This document shows, in pieces, positions 24,474 through 33,696 of a stretch of 64,000 nt of DNA. The stretch lies in contig JAGCCZ010000041.1 in the NCBI GenBank assembly GCA_017651425.1, forward strand, positions 44,767 through 108,766, in the 5' to 3' direction. Origin of the DNA: Bacteroidales bacterium (GTDB taxonomy: Bacteria; Bacteroidota; Bacteroidia; Bacteroidales; WCHB1-69). Under the pieces are notes generated by a model, which was not told the origin of the DNA, made no database searches, and worked only from the letters and a program-made list of their open reading frames with translations. Each line of letters begins with the position of its first letter. Position 1 is the first letter of the stretch. Both the position numbers and the translations under genes were made by a program.

Positions 24474-24580
24474 TTAAGACTTAAGACTTGAGACTTTAGA
24501 CTTGAGACTTAATTTCTTAATTTCTTAATTTCTTAGTTTCTTAGTTTCTTAATATCTTAATATTTTAATATCTTAATTAT
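24474..24580. repeat. tandem heptamers (TTAAGAC x5) followed by tandem octamers (TTAATTTC x9)
   Basis: ttaagac ttaagac ttgagac tttagac ttgagac | ttaatttc x3, ttagtttc x2, ttaatatc, ttaatatt, ttaatatc, ttaattat. The last unit contains the DUF4249 stop codon. Confidence 0.9.
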
Positions 24581-25538
24581 AGTACCCCACCGTATCTTCC
24601 CAGAATATCTTGTCAATCTTGGAGGCGAAGCCGCACCATGCGCCTAAAACGTTCTCGCCCTCGATGTTGGAGACCACAGGCGCGGGGTTGGTGAAGGGGT
24701 TTGACCCGAGGATGGCCTCGGTGCCGCCAGTCACCATGAAACGGTAGGTGTTGTAGTCCATCAGACTGTGTTTCACGTAAATGGTGTCGCCGGGACGAAA
24801 GGTGAGGCGTCTGCAGGCTTGGCTCTGCGCTTCGCTCATCCCGAAGGTGTGCAGCATCGTGATGCCATAGCGCTCCAGCTCGTAGTTGAACGTGAGCCCG
24901 TTGAAGGTCTTGTCGTCGAAGGCCACCGGCACGGTGCTGACCCACAGCCGGTCGGTGAACTTGGGGCAGCTGACCTTGACCTGGAAACGGTAGTAGTTGG
25001 CCTCCGCACCGTTGTCGCTCATCAGCACGCGCACGGTGCGCATCGTGTCCTTGTTGAGGATTTCGGACAGATAGCTGAACCAGATGGAGTCAAGGTCGAA
25101 GGTGTGGGGGATGGTCGTCACGGCGCTGTACTCTTTGCCCTCATAGCTGACGGTGAGCGTGTAGGAGGTGTTCTCGCGCCCCCGCAGGGTCGGACTGACG
25201 TATGCAATCATCAGGGGCGAATCGGGGCAAAACTGCAAGGTCAGCGAGTCGCGCTCCCCGTCGGAGGAGGTGACAATCAACGACGCGTCACCGATGAACA
25301 GGTTGTTCATGATGTATTGCATATCCATTTCGGCGAAGTAGGGGATGCTGCGCGTCAGCGTCACGATGGCGGGTTGGCCGTTCTCAATGGTGCCTTCGAT
25401 GACTATCTTCGGCTCGTAATCCGGCAAATCCACCTCAATCTCGGTCTCGCACGCCCCGAAAAGCAACGTCGCGACCAGCACCGGCAAAACCATCCGAATG
25501 CGCCTCCACCAAACCTCAAACAAACCAATATTTATCAT
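24573..25538 (-). CDS. DUF4249-family lipoprotein (partner of the upstream TonB-dependent receptor)
   Basis: Lipobox LLFGAC. About 320 aa, located directly downstream of a CarboxypepD_reg-type TBDR, which is the usual DUF4249 arrangement. Confidence 0.7.
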   Translation of the reverse strand: MINIGLFEVWWRRIRMVLPVLVATLLFGACETEIEVDLPDYEPKIVIEGTIENGQPAIVTLTRSIPYFAEMDMQYIMNNLFIGDASLIVTSSDGERDSLTLQFCPDSPLMIAYVSPTLRGRENTSYTLTVSYEGKEYSAVTTIPHTFDLDSIWFSYLSEILNKDTMRTVRVLMSDNGAEANYYRFQVKVSCPKFTDRLWVSTVPVAFDDKTFNGLTFNYELERYGITMLHTFGMSEAQSQACRRLTFRPGDTIYVKHSLMDYNTYRFMVTGGTEAILGSNPFTNPAPVVSNIEGENVLGAWCGFASKIDKIFWEDTVGYYN

Positions 25539-25546
25539 AATTCCAA

Positions 25547-25610
25547 TTAATTTCTTAATTTCTTAGTTTCTTAATTTCTTAATAGTTTAATAGTTTAATA
25601 ACTTAATAAT
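25547..25610. repeat. tandem octamers (TTAATTTC family x8) filling the TBDR-DUF4249 spacer
   Basis: ttaatttc ttaatttc ttagtttc ttaatttc ttaatagt ttaatagt ttaataac ttaataat. Confidence 0.9.
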
Positions 25611-28019
25611 CTAAAACTTAAAGTTCCACGTCACCGACGGAATAATCGGGAACAGACTCATCTGGTAGGCCTTGTTGTCGATGGAGAAATTGGTCTCTCC
25701 CGGCTCTATGTTGGCGTGGGTTTCCAAATAGATGAAGAAGGGGTTCTTGCGGTTATAGACGTTATAGACGGAGAAGTTGAGCCCGGTCTCGAACTTGCTG
25801 GTCTTCTTGATGGTCCAGTTTACGGCAAGGTCGAGGCGGTGGTAGGGTGGCATCCGGTAGCCGTTGCGCTCGCTGTATTCGGTGATGTAGGAGCCCATAT
25901 AGAAGTAGTACCCGAGAGGGATGGTCATCGTGTTGCCCGTCTGATAGACCCACAGCGCGGAGACACTCAGCTTGTTGCGCAGGATCTCGTAGGTGAGGTT
26001 GATGGAGACATCGTGGCGGCGGTCGTACTTGGCCCAGTAAGGATTGCCGTTGTTGAGGTCGTCAAACTGTCTCCGGGTGTAGCCCAACGTGTAGCCGATG
26101 AAGCCGGTGAACTTGCCCCGCGTCTTCTTGAAGAAGAATTCCGCACCTGCTGACCAGCCCTGCCCGAAAACATACAGTTGGTCGGGGTTGAGGACTACTG
26201 CACCCAAGTCGAGTCCGTCGCGGTACTCGGCCAGGTTGTACATCTTCTTATAGTAAAGGTCCACATAGCTCTCGAACATGTGGTGGTAGAAGTTGCGGAA
26301 CACGCCCAAGGAGACCTGCACCACCGTCTGCGGCTTCATCAGGTCGGTGCTGGGCATCCACACATCCGTGGGCAGCGAGATGGAGGCGATGGAGATCTGG
26401 TGCAAAAATTGGTAGTTCAGGGTGGCGGAGGCCTTCAGGGAGGTCATCGAGTCGATGAGGAAGCGGACCGAGAACCGAGGCTCCACCTTGTTGTACTGGC
26501 TGACGATCTCGCCGGGCTTGTATTGGATGGAATCGACGACATTGCCGAAGTCGTCCGTTACATAGCGGGTGAAAGCTCCGATATGGCAGAAGTTGGTGTA
26601 CCGCAGGCCGAAGCTGAGTTTCCAGCGGCGCGATATGTCGAACTCGTCGTGCGCGTAGATGCTCAGTTCGTTGGCGAAGTAGGGCTGCACTTTGGGCAGG
26701 GCGAAGTCCACCCCCTCGCCGGCCTGCACCGCATATTGTCCGGGGATGCACTGGTGCAGCAACTCGTGTACGCCGAACCGCAGGTTGTGCTTCGGCGTCG
26801 GCATCCACGTCAGCTCGCTCTTCAGCCCGTAGTCGCGTATGCCCGACCCGAGTTTGAATTGGAAGACGTCCATGCCCATCTCCGTGTTGAAGTCATAGTA
26901 GCTGAAGGTGGCGGACGTGTTGAGGAAGAGCTTCGGACTGATGATGTAGTTCCATCTCGCCGAGGCCGTCGCGTTGTACCACTTGAAGGTGGCACGTGTC
27001 ATCCCCGACGACGACTTGAACCCATACACATCGCCCCCGTAATAGGCGCCGAAATAGAGCCTGTGTTTGTCGTTGACGATGACATTGAACTTCGCGTTGA
27101 GATCGTAAAAGTAGAAGTCCATACCCTTGAGGGGCGATTTGGGCTTGAGGAAGGGCTGGATGAGCGCGTCAGCGTAGGTGCGCCGCCCCGAGATGATGAA
27201 GGAGGCTTTGTTCTTCTTTAAAGGTCCCTGCACGGTGAGGTGCGAGAAGATGAGCCCGATGCCTCCGTCCACCCCGAATCGCTTCAGGTCGCCCTCTTTT
27301 TGGTAAACATTCAGTATCGAGGCGGCGCGCCCTCCGTAGTAGGCGGGCATTCCCGACTTGATCATGTCTATGTCCTTCACCGCATCGGCGTTGAAGATGG
27401 AGAAGAAACCGAAGAGGTGGCTGGTGTTATAGACGGTGGCCTCGTCGAGTAGCACCAGGTTCTGGTCGGTGCCGCCGCCGCGCACGTAGTAGCCGCTGTT
27501 GCCCTCACCGCCCGACATCACGCCCGGCAGCAGCTGGATCGACTTGATGATGTCGGCCTCGCCCATCAGCGCGGGCATCGCCTTGATGGCCTCGATCTTC
27601 ATCTCCATACGGCCTACGTCCGCGGAGGCGATGTTGCGGTCGGTACGCTCGCCCTGGATTACCACCTCCTCGCCCGCAATCGCCGCGGGTTCCATGTCAA
27701 ACGAACGGCTGACCGTCTTGTCCAGCACTAAAATCTCCTCGATGGTCTTGTATGACAAATAGCTGACAGACAGCTTGTAGGTACTTCTTGGCACGGAGAT
27801 GGAGTAGAATCCCGCCTGGTTGGTGACACATCCCTGGCTCTCCTGCGGTCTTGTGGTGTCAGTGAGAATCACGTAGACGCCCATCAAGGACTCGCCGCTG
27901 GATGCGTCGCGTACGGTGCCCGACAAGGTCACACGCTGCCCCTGCGCCCAGACATTTTGGACGTTGCAGAAAAAAGAGACGATGGCCAACAGCAGGAGTA
28001 GAATTTTTCTTCTCATCAA
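25611..28019 (-). CDS. TonB-dependent outer-membrane receptor with N-terminal carboxypeptidase-regulatory-like domain
   Basis: Signal peptide, VTLSGTVRDASSGESLMGVYVIL (CarboxypepD_reg), a plug region, a beta-barrel rich in alternating aromatic residues, and a C-terminal ...TWNFKF. Confidence 0.85.
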   Translation of the reverse strand: MMRRKILLLLLAIVSFFCNVQNVWAQGQRVTLSGTVRDASSGESLMGVYVILTDTTRPQESQGCVTNQAGFYSISVPRSTYKLSVSYLSYKTIEEILVLDKTVSRSFDMEPAAIAGEEVVIQGERTDRNIASADVGRMEMKIEAIKAMPALMGEADIIKSIQLLPGVMSGGEGNSGYYVRGGGTDQNLVLLDEATVYNTSHLFGFFSIFNADAVKDIDMIKSGMPAYYGGRAASILNVYQKEGDLKRFGVDGGIGLIFSHLTVQGPLKKNKASFIISGRRTYADALIQPFLKPKSPLKGMDFYFYDLNAKFNVIVNDKHRLYFGAYYGGDVYGFKSSSGMTRATFKWYNATASARWNYIISPKLFLNTSATFSYYDFNTEMGMDVFQFKLGSGIRDYGLKSELTWMPTPKHNLRFGVHELLHQCIPGQYAVQAGEGVDFALPKVQPYFANELSIYAHDEFDISRRWKLSFGLRYTNFCHIGAFTRYVTDDFGNVVDSIQYKPGEIVSQYNKVEPRFSVRFLIDSMTSLKASATLNYQFLHQISIASISLPTDVWMPSTDLMKPQTVVQVSLGVFRNFYHHMFESYVDLYYKKMYNLAEYRDGLDLGAVVLNPDQLYVFGQGWSAGAEFFFKKTRGKFTGFIGYTLGYTRRQFDDLNNGNPYWAKYDRRHDVSINLTYEILRNKLSVSALWVYQTGNTMTIPLGYYFYMGSYITEYSERNGYRMPPYHRLDLAVNWTIKKTSKFETGLNFSVYNVYNRKNPFFIYLETHANIEPGETNFSIDNKAYQMSLFPIIPSVTWNFKF

Positions 28020-28198
28020 ATAATCCTTGATATGCAGGCTTTTTAACGATACTTTTGTTACTTTATTTTATACAATAATTGTGACAATGGAAGTTTCTAA
28101 GGATTGAATGAAAACACCATTGGAATCATGTTCAAAAAAAGATTGGATAAATGGCGTTTTTATGTTCAAAAAAATTTTGATATGTTCCAAGAATTATT

Positions 28199-28206
28199 TA
28201 CTTTTG
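28199..28206 (+). promoter_or_regulatory. -7 promoter box (TACTTTTG) for pgi
   Basis: ttTACTTTTGcacc lies 64 nt upstream of the ATG at 28270. Confidence 0.45.
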
Positions 28207-28269
28207 CACCGTTAATTGCGTCAATTTTTGTCGCAATGAAAATGGATTATAAATTAAAAAACTGATTAT

Positions 28270-29568
28270 ATGGAATTTAAATTCAATGACGCTCTGTTTG
28301 CGGTCTCAATGGAAGAACTCCAAGGTCATGCATCCTTGGCCGAGGCTGCTTATCAAACTGCCGTTCAGAAAAATGGACGCGGTAATGATTTTTTGGGTTG
28401 GATAGACCTCCCCGCCGAGATTTCGGACGAAGATTTCAAAGCCGTGGAGGCGTGCGCTTCCGACATGGCTGCCCAGTCTGACGTGGTGGTGGTTATTGGC
28501 ATCGGAGGCTCCTACCTCGGTGCTCGCGCCGTCATCGAGGCCCTGCAGCACAGCTTCCGCCCGATGCTGCCCGATCAGAAACCGACTGTCCTCTATGCGG
28601 GCAACAGCATGAGCGAGGATTATCTGCACGATTTGCTTGATGTTTTGGACAAGAAAGACTACTCTTTGGTGGTCATTTCCAAGTCGGGTACGACGACGGA
28701 ACCCGCCTTGGCGTTCCGAATCCTCAAGCAGCATTGCGAGCGGAAGTATGGTCTTGACAACGCCCGCAAGCGTATTGTGGCCGTCACCGACCGCGCACGC
28801 GGTGCCCTCAAGACCCTGGCCACCGAGGAGGGCTATCCTACCTTTGTGATTCCCGATGACGTGGGCGGACGCTACTCTGTGCTGACACCTGTGGGACTGC
28901 TTCCGATTGCTGCTGCCGGATTCTCCGTGCGCAAGCTTGTGGAAGGCGCCAAGTCCATGCGTGCTCAACTGCTGGAAGCTGGGAAATTCGACGCCAATCC
29001 CGCCATGCAGTACGCCTTGTTGCGCTATATGCTCTACAATCAAGGTCTTAAACTGGAGTTGATGACCTCCTTTGAACCCAAACTTTTCTATTTTGTCGAG
29101 TGGTTCAAGCAACTTTTCGGCGAAAGCGAAGGCAAGGAGCACAAAGGCATATTCCCCGCCGGGGCTATCTTCTCCACCGACCTGCACTCTCTGGGCCAGT
29201 ACATCCAGGAGGGCACGCGCCAAATTTTTGAAACTGTGCTCACTGTGGAGAACGCCCATCACAAGGTGGCCATTCCCGCCGATGAGAAAAACACCGACGG
29301 ACTCAACTACCTGCAGCACCGCTCCATCAACGAGATCAACCACATTGCCCAGCAGGGCACCTGCATGGCCCATGTGGATGGCCATGTACCCAATCTTCAG
29401 GTTTCCATCCCTGAAATCAACGAGTTCCACCTTGGCGAGTTGATTTACTTCTTTGAGATGAGTTGCGCTATCAGCGGCTACATGCTCAATGTCAACCCCT
29501 TCGACCAGCCCGGCGTGGAGGCTTACAAGCGCAATATGTTCAAACTACTCGGCAAGCCCGGCTTCTAA
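28270..29568 (+). CDS. pgi: glucose-6-phosphate isomerase
   Basis: 432 aa with VVVIGIGGSYLGARAVIEAL, ISKSGTTTEP and GGRYSVLTPVGLLP, the hallmark PGI motifs. Confidence 0.9.
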   Translation: MEFKFNDALFAVSMEELQGHASLAEAAYQTAVQKNGRGNDFLGWIDLPAEISDEDFKAVEACASDMAAQSDVVVVIGIGGSYLGARAVIEALQHSFRPMLPDQKPTVLYAGNSMSEDYLHDLLDVLDKKDYSLVVISKSGTTTEPALAFRILKQHCERKYGLDNARKRIVAVTDRARGALKTLATEEGYPTFVIPDDVGGRYSVLTPVGLLPIAAAGFSVRKLVEGAKSMRAQLLEAGKFDANPAMQYALLRYMLYNQGLKLELMTSFEPKLFYFVEWFKQLFGESEGKEHKGIFPAGAIFSTDLHSLGQYIQEGTRQIFETVLTVENAHHKVAIPADEKNTDGLNYLQHRSINEINHIAQQGTCMAHVDGHVPNLQVSIPEINEFHLGELIYFFEMSCAISGYMLNVNPFDQPGVEAYKRNMFKLLGKPGF

Positions 29569-29571
29569 ACC

Positions 29572-31074
29572 TTGCACATGTCCGGCTTCATATTTGCGTT
29601 TTTTGTGTTCTATGTGGCGATGCTGTTTCTGATAACAGGCATCACCTCTCGCAAGGCCGACAACCAGACCTATTTCACCGGTAACCGGAAATCCCCTTGG
29701 TTCGTGGTGGCGTATGGCATGATTGGCAGCTCCCTGTCGGGCGTGACCTTCATGTCCGTGCCCGGTGACGTTTATACCACACAATTCACCTATTTCGGGG
29801 TTGTGTTGGGCTATATTTTGGGATATATCGTCATCGGCTGCCTCCTGCTGCCGCTTTACTACAAAATCAATGTCACCTCCGTCTATGAGTACCTCGGCAT
29901 GCGTTTCGGCAAGGAGGCGCACAAGACCGGCTCGGTGCTCTTTTTCATCTCCCGTCTGCTGGGCTCGGCGCTGCGGATGTACTTGGTCATCTTCGTGCTT
30001 CAGATCTTCGTCTTCGACGGCTGGCACATCCCCATTTGGCTCACCGCCATTGTGATGATCTCCATCATCCTGCTATACACGATGCGAGGCGGCATCAAGA
30101 CGGTGGTGTGGACGGACCTGCTACAGACCACTTTCCTTATTGGGGCTCTGGTTATTACGATTATCGTGATCATGCGCAACACGGGCGGCTCCTTCTCCGA
30201 CCTCTGGGATGGCATGGCCACCGCCGGCAAGGACGGCACCGACTGCCGTACGGTTTTCAACCTCGACTGGCGCAACAACAGTTATTTCCTGAAGCAGATC
30301 ATCGGCGGCATGTTCATCACCATTGCGATGACGGGCTTGGACCAGGATATGATGCAGAAGAACCTGTCTTGCAAGTCGCTGCGCGATGCACAGCGCAATA
30401 TGCTCTCGTTCACTTCAATTCTTGTGATTGTGAACATTCTCTTCCTGACGTTGGGTGGTATGTTGTTAGTCTTTGCCCAGCGCAACGGCATTGACATCTC
30501 CAATATGCCCACCGACCGTATCTATCCGGAGATCGCCTTCAACTACCTCGGCAAGGTAGGTGCGATGGTCTTCGTGTTCGGCCTCATTTCGGCTGGATTT
30601 TCCTCCGCTGACGGGACCTTCACGGCACTCACGACAACGGTGTGCTACGATATTCTCCGCATCGAGGGACGGTTCCCCACGGAGGCGCAGCAGACCCGCG
30701 TGCGCCGTATTGTCCATGTGCTCATATCGCTGCTCTTCCTGATGGTCATCATCATTGTCTCCAGCCACCACAACGACGCGCTTATCCGCATCATCTTCAT
30801 GGTGGCCTCCTACACGTACGGACCGCTGTTGGGTCTCTTTATGTTCGGTATCTTCACCAAACGCGAGGTGCCAGTCAACCGGCGTTGGCTGATTCCGGTG
30901 ATTGCCCTGCTGGTCCCCACATTCTGCTACATCCTCTCGTCGCATTCGCAGCAATGGCTGTGTGGTTACAAATTCGGCTACGAGCTGCTCATCGTCAACG
31001 GCCTGCTCGTCTTTGCTTGCCTGATGGCCGTGAGCGGAAGGAAAAGTGGAGAGTTTTATGAATTAAGAAATTAA
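29572..31074 (+). CDS. sodium:solute symporter (SSS family)
   Basis: About 13 TM helices, with an N-terminal ...YFTGNRKSPWFVVAYGMIGSSLSGVTFMSVPG pattern typical of SSS transporters. Confidence 0.8.
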   Translation: MHMSGFIFAFFVFYVAMLFLITGITSRKADNQTYFTGNRKSPWFVVAYGMIGSSLSGVTFMSVPGDVYTTQFTYFGVVLGYILGYIVIGCLLLPLYYKINVTSVYEYLGMRFGKEAHKTGSVLFFISRLLGSALRMYLVIFVLQIFVFDGWHIPIWLTAIVMISIILLYTMRGGIKTVVWTDLLQTTFLIGALVITIIVIMRNTGGSFSDLWDGMATAGKDGTDCRTVFNLDWRNNSYFLKQIIGGMFITIAMTGLDQDMMQKNLSCKSLRDAQRNMLSFTSILVIVNILFLTLGGMLLVFAQRNGIDISNMPTDRIYPEIAFNYLGKVGAMVFVFGLISAGFSSADGTFTALTTTVCYDILRIEGRFPTEAQQTRVRRIVHVLISLLFLMVIIIVSSHHNDALIRIIFMVASYTYGPLLGLFMFGIFTKREVPVNRRWLIPVIALLVPTFCYILSSHSQQWLCGYKFGYELLIVNGLLVFACLMAVSGRKSGEFYELRN

Positions 31075-31127
31075 GAAACTAAGAAATTAATCGTCTTATC
31101 GCAAACCGCAAATCGAAAATCGAAAAA
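31061..31127. repeat. tandem octamers (AATTAAGA x4) then heptamers (CGCAAAC/CGAAAAT x4) overlapping the symporter stop
   Basis: aattaaga aattaaga aactaaga aattaatc ... cgcaaac cgcaaat cgaaaat cgaaaaa. This is the reverse-complement orientation of the TTAATTTC family. Confidence 0.85.
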
Positions 31128-31154
31128 TAAACCCTTATTACTAACCAAAATTAC

Positions 31155-31874
31155 ATGCTTATGAAAAAGTATTTCGCTGAATTGGTCGGAACTTTTGTTC
31201 TGACGCTCCTTGGCTGCGGAACAGCCATGTTCATCGGTTGCGCTACTCCTGCAGGAGTGGTCGGCACGGCCATTGCATTCGGTCTCACCGTCGTGGCGAT
31301 GGCTTACACGATTGGTGGCATTTCCGGTTGCCACATCAACCCGGCAATTACCTTTGCCGTGGCACTCTCCAAGCGCATGAGCTGGAAGGATGCTTGTGGC
31401 TACTGGATTGGACAAGTCCTCGGCGGCATCCTTGCCGGTGCTGTGCTGTTGCTGCTTGTCAATGTGGTTACACCTGGTGCAGGTGGATGCATGTTCGGCG
31501 TTGACATCGCTGAAAACATGCAAGGCCTCGGCACCAATGGCGTGGCCAACGCAGGTGGTGCTGGCGGCGCTTTCCTCGTGGAGGTGATTGCCACGTTCAT
31601 CTTCGTCCTGGTGGTGCTCGGAACGACCGACGAGAAGGTGGGTGCCGGCAACCTCGCTGGTCTCGCCATCGGCTTGACGCTGATTCTCGTCCACCTTGTC
31701 TGCATCAACCTGACCGGTACTTCCGTCAACCCGGCTCGTTCCATCGGACCGGCTCTGTTCGCTGGCGGCCAGGCTCTGTGCGACCTCTGGGTCTTCATCT
31801 GCGCTCCGCTCGTGGGTGCCGCTTTGTCCGCCCTCGTGTGGAAATGCTTCAGCTGCACCAAGAAGGCCGAATAA
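31155..31874 (+). CDS. aqpZ: aquaporin Z / MIP-family water channel
   Basis: Two NPA boxes (HINPAITFA and SVNPARSIGPA) and six TM helices. Confidence 0.9.
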   Translation: MLMKKYFAELVGTFVLTLLGCGTAMFIGCATPAGVVGTAIAFGLTVVAMAYTIGGISGCHINPAITFAVALSKRMSWKDACGYWIGQVLGGILAGAVLLLLVNVVTPGAGGCMFGVDIAENMQGLGTNGVANAGGAGGAFLVEVIATFIFVLVVLGTTDEKVGAGNLAGLAIGLTLILVHLVCINLTGTSVNPARSIGPALFAGGQALCDLWVFICAPLVGAALSALVWKCFSCTKKAE

Positions 31875-31902
31875 TCTTCGGTTATTCTATTCTACACAAA
31901 AA

Positions 31903-31930
31903 GGGACCGTCTTCTGGCGGTCCCTTTTTT
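31903..31930. terminator. bidirectional rho-independent terminator
   Basis: aaaaaGGGACCG-tcttctgg-CGGTCCCtttttt lies between the convergent aqpZ and GNAT genes. Confidence 0.7.
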
Positions 31931-31950
31931 ATGATATGGCAAAATGCCTC

Positions 31951-32397
31951 CTAATATTCCGTCTGCTCCGCGTTTTTGAAGCTGTAATAGTTGAGGTCGT
32001 CGCGTTCCGTCCATCCTTGCGAGCGCCAGAAGATGTTCCCGATCTCGTTCCGCTTCATGACCAGCAGGCCGCTCTTCTTGATGCCCTCTTTTTCAACCGC
32101 TTCGTAAACGGCATGCAGCAGGGCCTTGCCGATGCCTTGGTTGCGTAGGTCGGTGCGGACCACGGTGTGGTAAATGTAGGCGCGACGGCCGTCCATGCCG
32201 CACAGGATCACCCCGACCAGCTCGTCGCCGCGCAAGGCTACAAAGTTCGAGGTCGGATTTTTCTTGAGGAAACGGGCGATGCCCTCGGAAGAATCATCGT
32301 ACCCCCGCATGGCCATGCCGTCCGTGATAGTCCAGAGATTATAAACTTGTGGATAGTCCTCCACTGTCATCAGTCGTATGGAAATGTCTGGATTCAT
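31951..32397 (-). CDS. GNAT-family N-acetyltransferase
   Basis: Start at MNPDISIRLMTVEDY. The acetyl-CoA binding motif is TVVRTDLRNQGIGKALL (Q/RxxGxG/A). Confidence 0.8.
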   Translation of the reverse strand: MNPDISIRLMTVEDYPQVYNLWTITDGMAMRGYDDSSEGIARFLKKNPTSNFVALRGDELVGVILCGMDGRRAYIYHTVVRTDLRNQGIGKALLHAVYEAVEKEGIKKSGLLVMKRNEIGNIFWRSQGWTERDDLNYYSFKNAEQTEY

Positions 32398-32494
32398 AGT
32401 TTTTTTCTTGTGAATGAATAAGTTGAGATTTCTTGAAATGTTTTGTCCCAAATTGGAAATAACTGTAACTCGAACGGCCTGTATTTGCGCCGTT

Positions 32495-32920
32495 TTAATA
32501 GGATGCTCTCGAGTTCATGTGGATTTCCCAGTGGTTGCCTTCAGGATCCGTGTAGTCATAGATGAGTTCTCGCTTCGTCAATTTCTGAAGGTTTGCCAAA
32601 TATGAGTAATGGTATCCCAAGAGCGTGAAGTTCATTTCTATGGACTTGTTCCTGTTGCGTAAAATCCAGTATCCGGACGTGGACTCGCGGATTAGTCCGT
32701 TGTAGGAGGCCATCACGTTCAATACGCAGTCGGCATAGATGTAGTAGAAGGTGCCGGGCCGATTGGCAAAGTAATCCGTTTCCGTGATTTCTTCGCCATT
32801 CAGATAGGTGTGTGTGATCTGCCACGGCTTGACGATGCGGTATTCCGGTTCGTTGTAGCACGAGGTGGCCAATAAGGAGGCGAAGCCCAACAGGAGTATG
32901 ATGGTGAATTTGCGGAACAT
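32495..32920 (-). CDS. small lipoprotein, lipocalin-like
   Basis: Lipobox LLATSC. About 120 aa mature, with beta-rich W/Y-rich sequence. Confidence 0.5.
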   Translation of the reverse strand: MFRKFTIILLLGFASLLATSCYNEPEYRIVKPWQITHTYLNGEEITETDYFANRPGTFYYIYADCVLNVMASYNGLIRESTSGYWILRNRNKSIEMNFTLLGYHYSYLANLQKLTKRELIYDYTDPEGNHWEIHMNSRASY

Positions 32921-32998
32921 TATTTGCGAACTATAAGATTGGTTGAAAAAACGGTTTTACAATCGTGGACAAAACAGGGGATTGGATAAAGATGAATC

Positions 32999-33682
32999 CT
33001 ATTCAGTGAGGGTTTTGAACAGTTGCCGCATGCCGGAGGTGGCGACATCCTTGATGAAGTGGACGTGGCGGCTGATGGGCTGCACGTCTTTGGGGTCGAT
33101 AACGTAGATGGGCGTGTTGGAAGGGGCGTAGTAGAGCAGTCCTGCGGCGGGATAGACGTTGAGGGAGGTGCCGATGATGATGAGGATGTCGGCTTGCTCG
33201 ACGGCCTTGACGGCCTCGTCCATCATGGGGACAGCCTCGCCAAACCAGACGATGAAGGGCCTCATGCGGGCGCCGTCGGGGGTGCGCTCGTCGTTGCCCA
33301 CGGCGCGATAGCCGATGTCCTGGACGAAGCGCTTGCCGTTCTCGCTGCACACCTTGGTAGCCTCGCCGTGGAGGTGGATGATGTGGTGGGAGCCGCCCCG
33401 CTCGTGGAGGTCGTCGATGTTCTGCGTCACCACGGTGACATCGTAGTATTTCTCCAGCTCGGCCACGAGCTTGTGGGCCTCGTTGGGCTGCGCCTTCTCC
33501 AGCTGGGCACGCCGCTCGTTATAGAATTTCGTCATCAAGTCGGGGTTGCGGTACCAGCCGTCAATGCTGGCCACCTCCTCCACGTTGTAGTTTTCCCAGA
33601 GACCGTCACTGTCCCTGAAGGTGCTGATTCCACTTTCGGCGCTGATGCCAGCGCCCGAAAGGACGACAAGTTTCTTTTTCAT
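32999..33682 (-). CDS. cobB: NAD-dependent protein deacylase (Sir2 family)
   Basis: Start at MKKKLVVLSGAGISAESGISTFRDSDGLWENY, with QNIDDLHERGG and GTSLNVYPAAG. Confidence 0.85.
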   Translation of the reverse strand: MKKKLVVLSGAGISAESGISTFRDSDGLWENYNVEEVASIDGWYRNPDLMTKFYNERRAQLEKAQPNEAHKLVAELEKYYDVTVVTQNIDDLHERGGSHHIIHLHGEATKVCSENGKRFVQDIGYRAVGNDERTPDGARMRPFIVWFGEAVPMMDEAVKAVEQADILIIIGTSLNVYPAAGLLYYAPSNTPIYVIDPKDVQPISRHVHFIKDVATSGMRQLFKTLTE

Positions 33683-33696
33683 ATATTCTAAATTTT

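Noticed and set aside
24474-25610. Possible CRISPR array suggested by regularly spaced short repeats (also considered for the 94-bp repeats at 16459-16676)
   Set aside because: The units are only 7-8 bp and directly abut one another with no unique spacers. The 94-bp units are simple tandem duplicates. No cas genes are present in the window.
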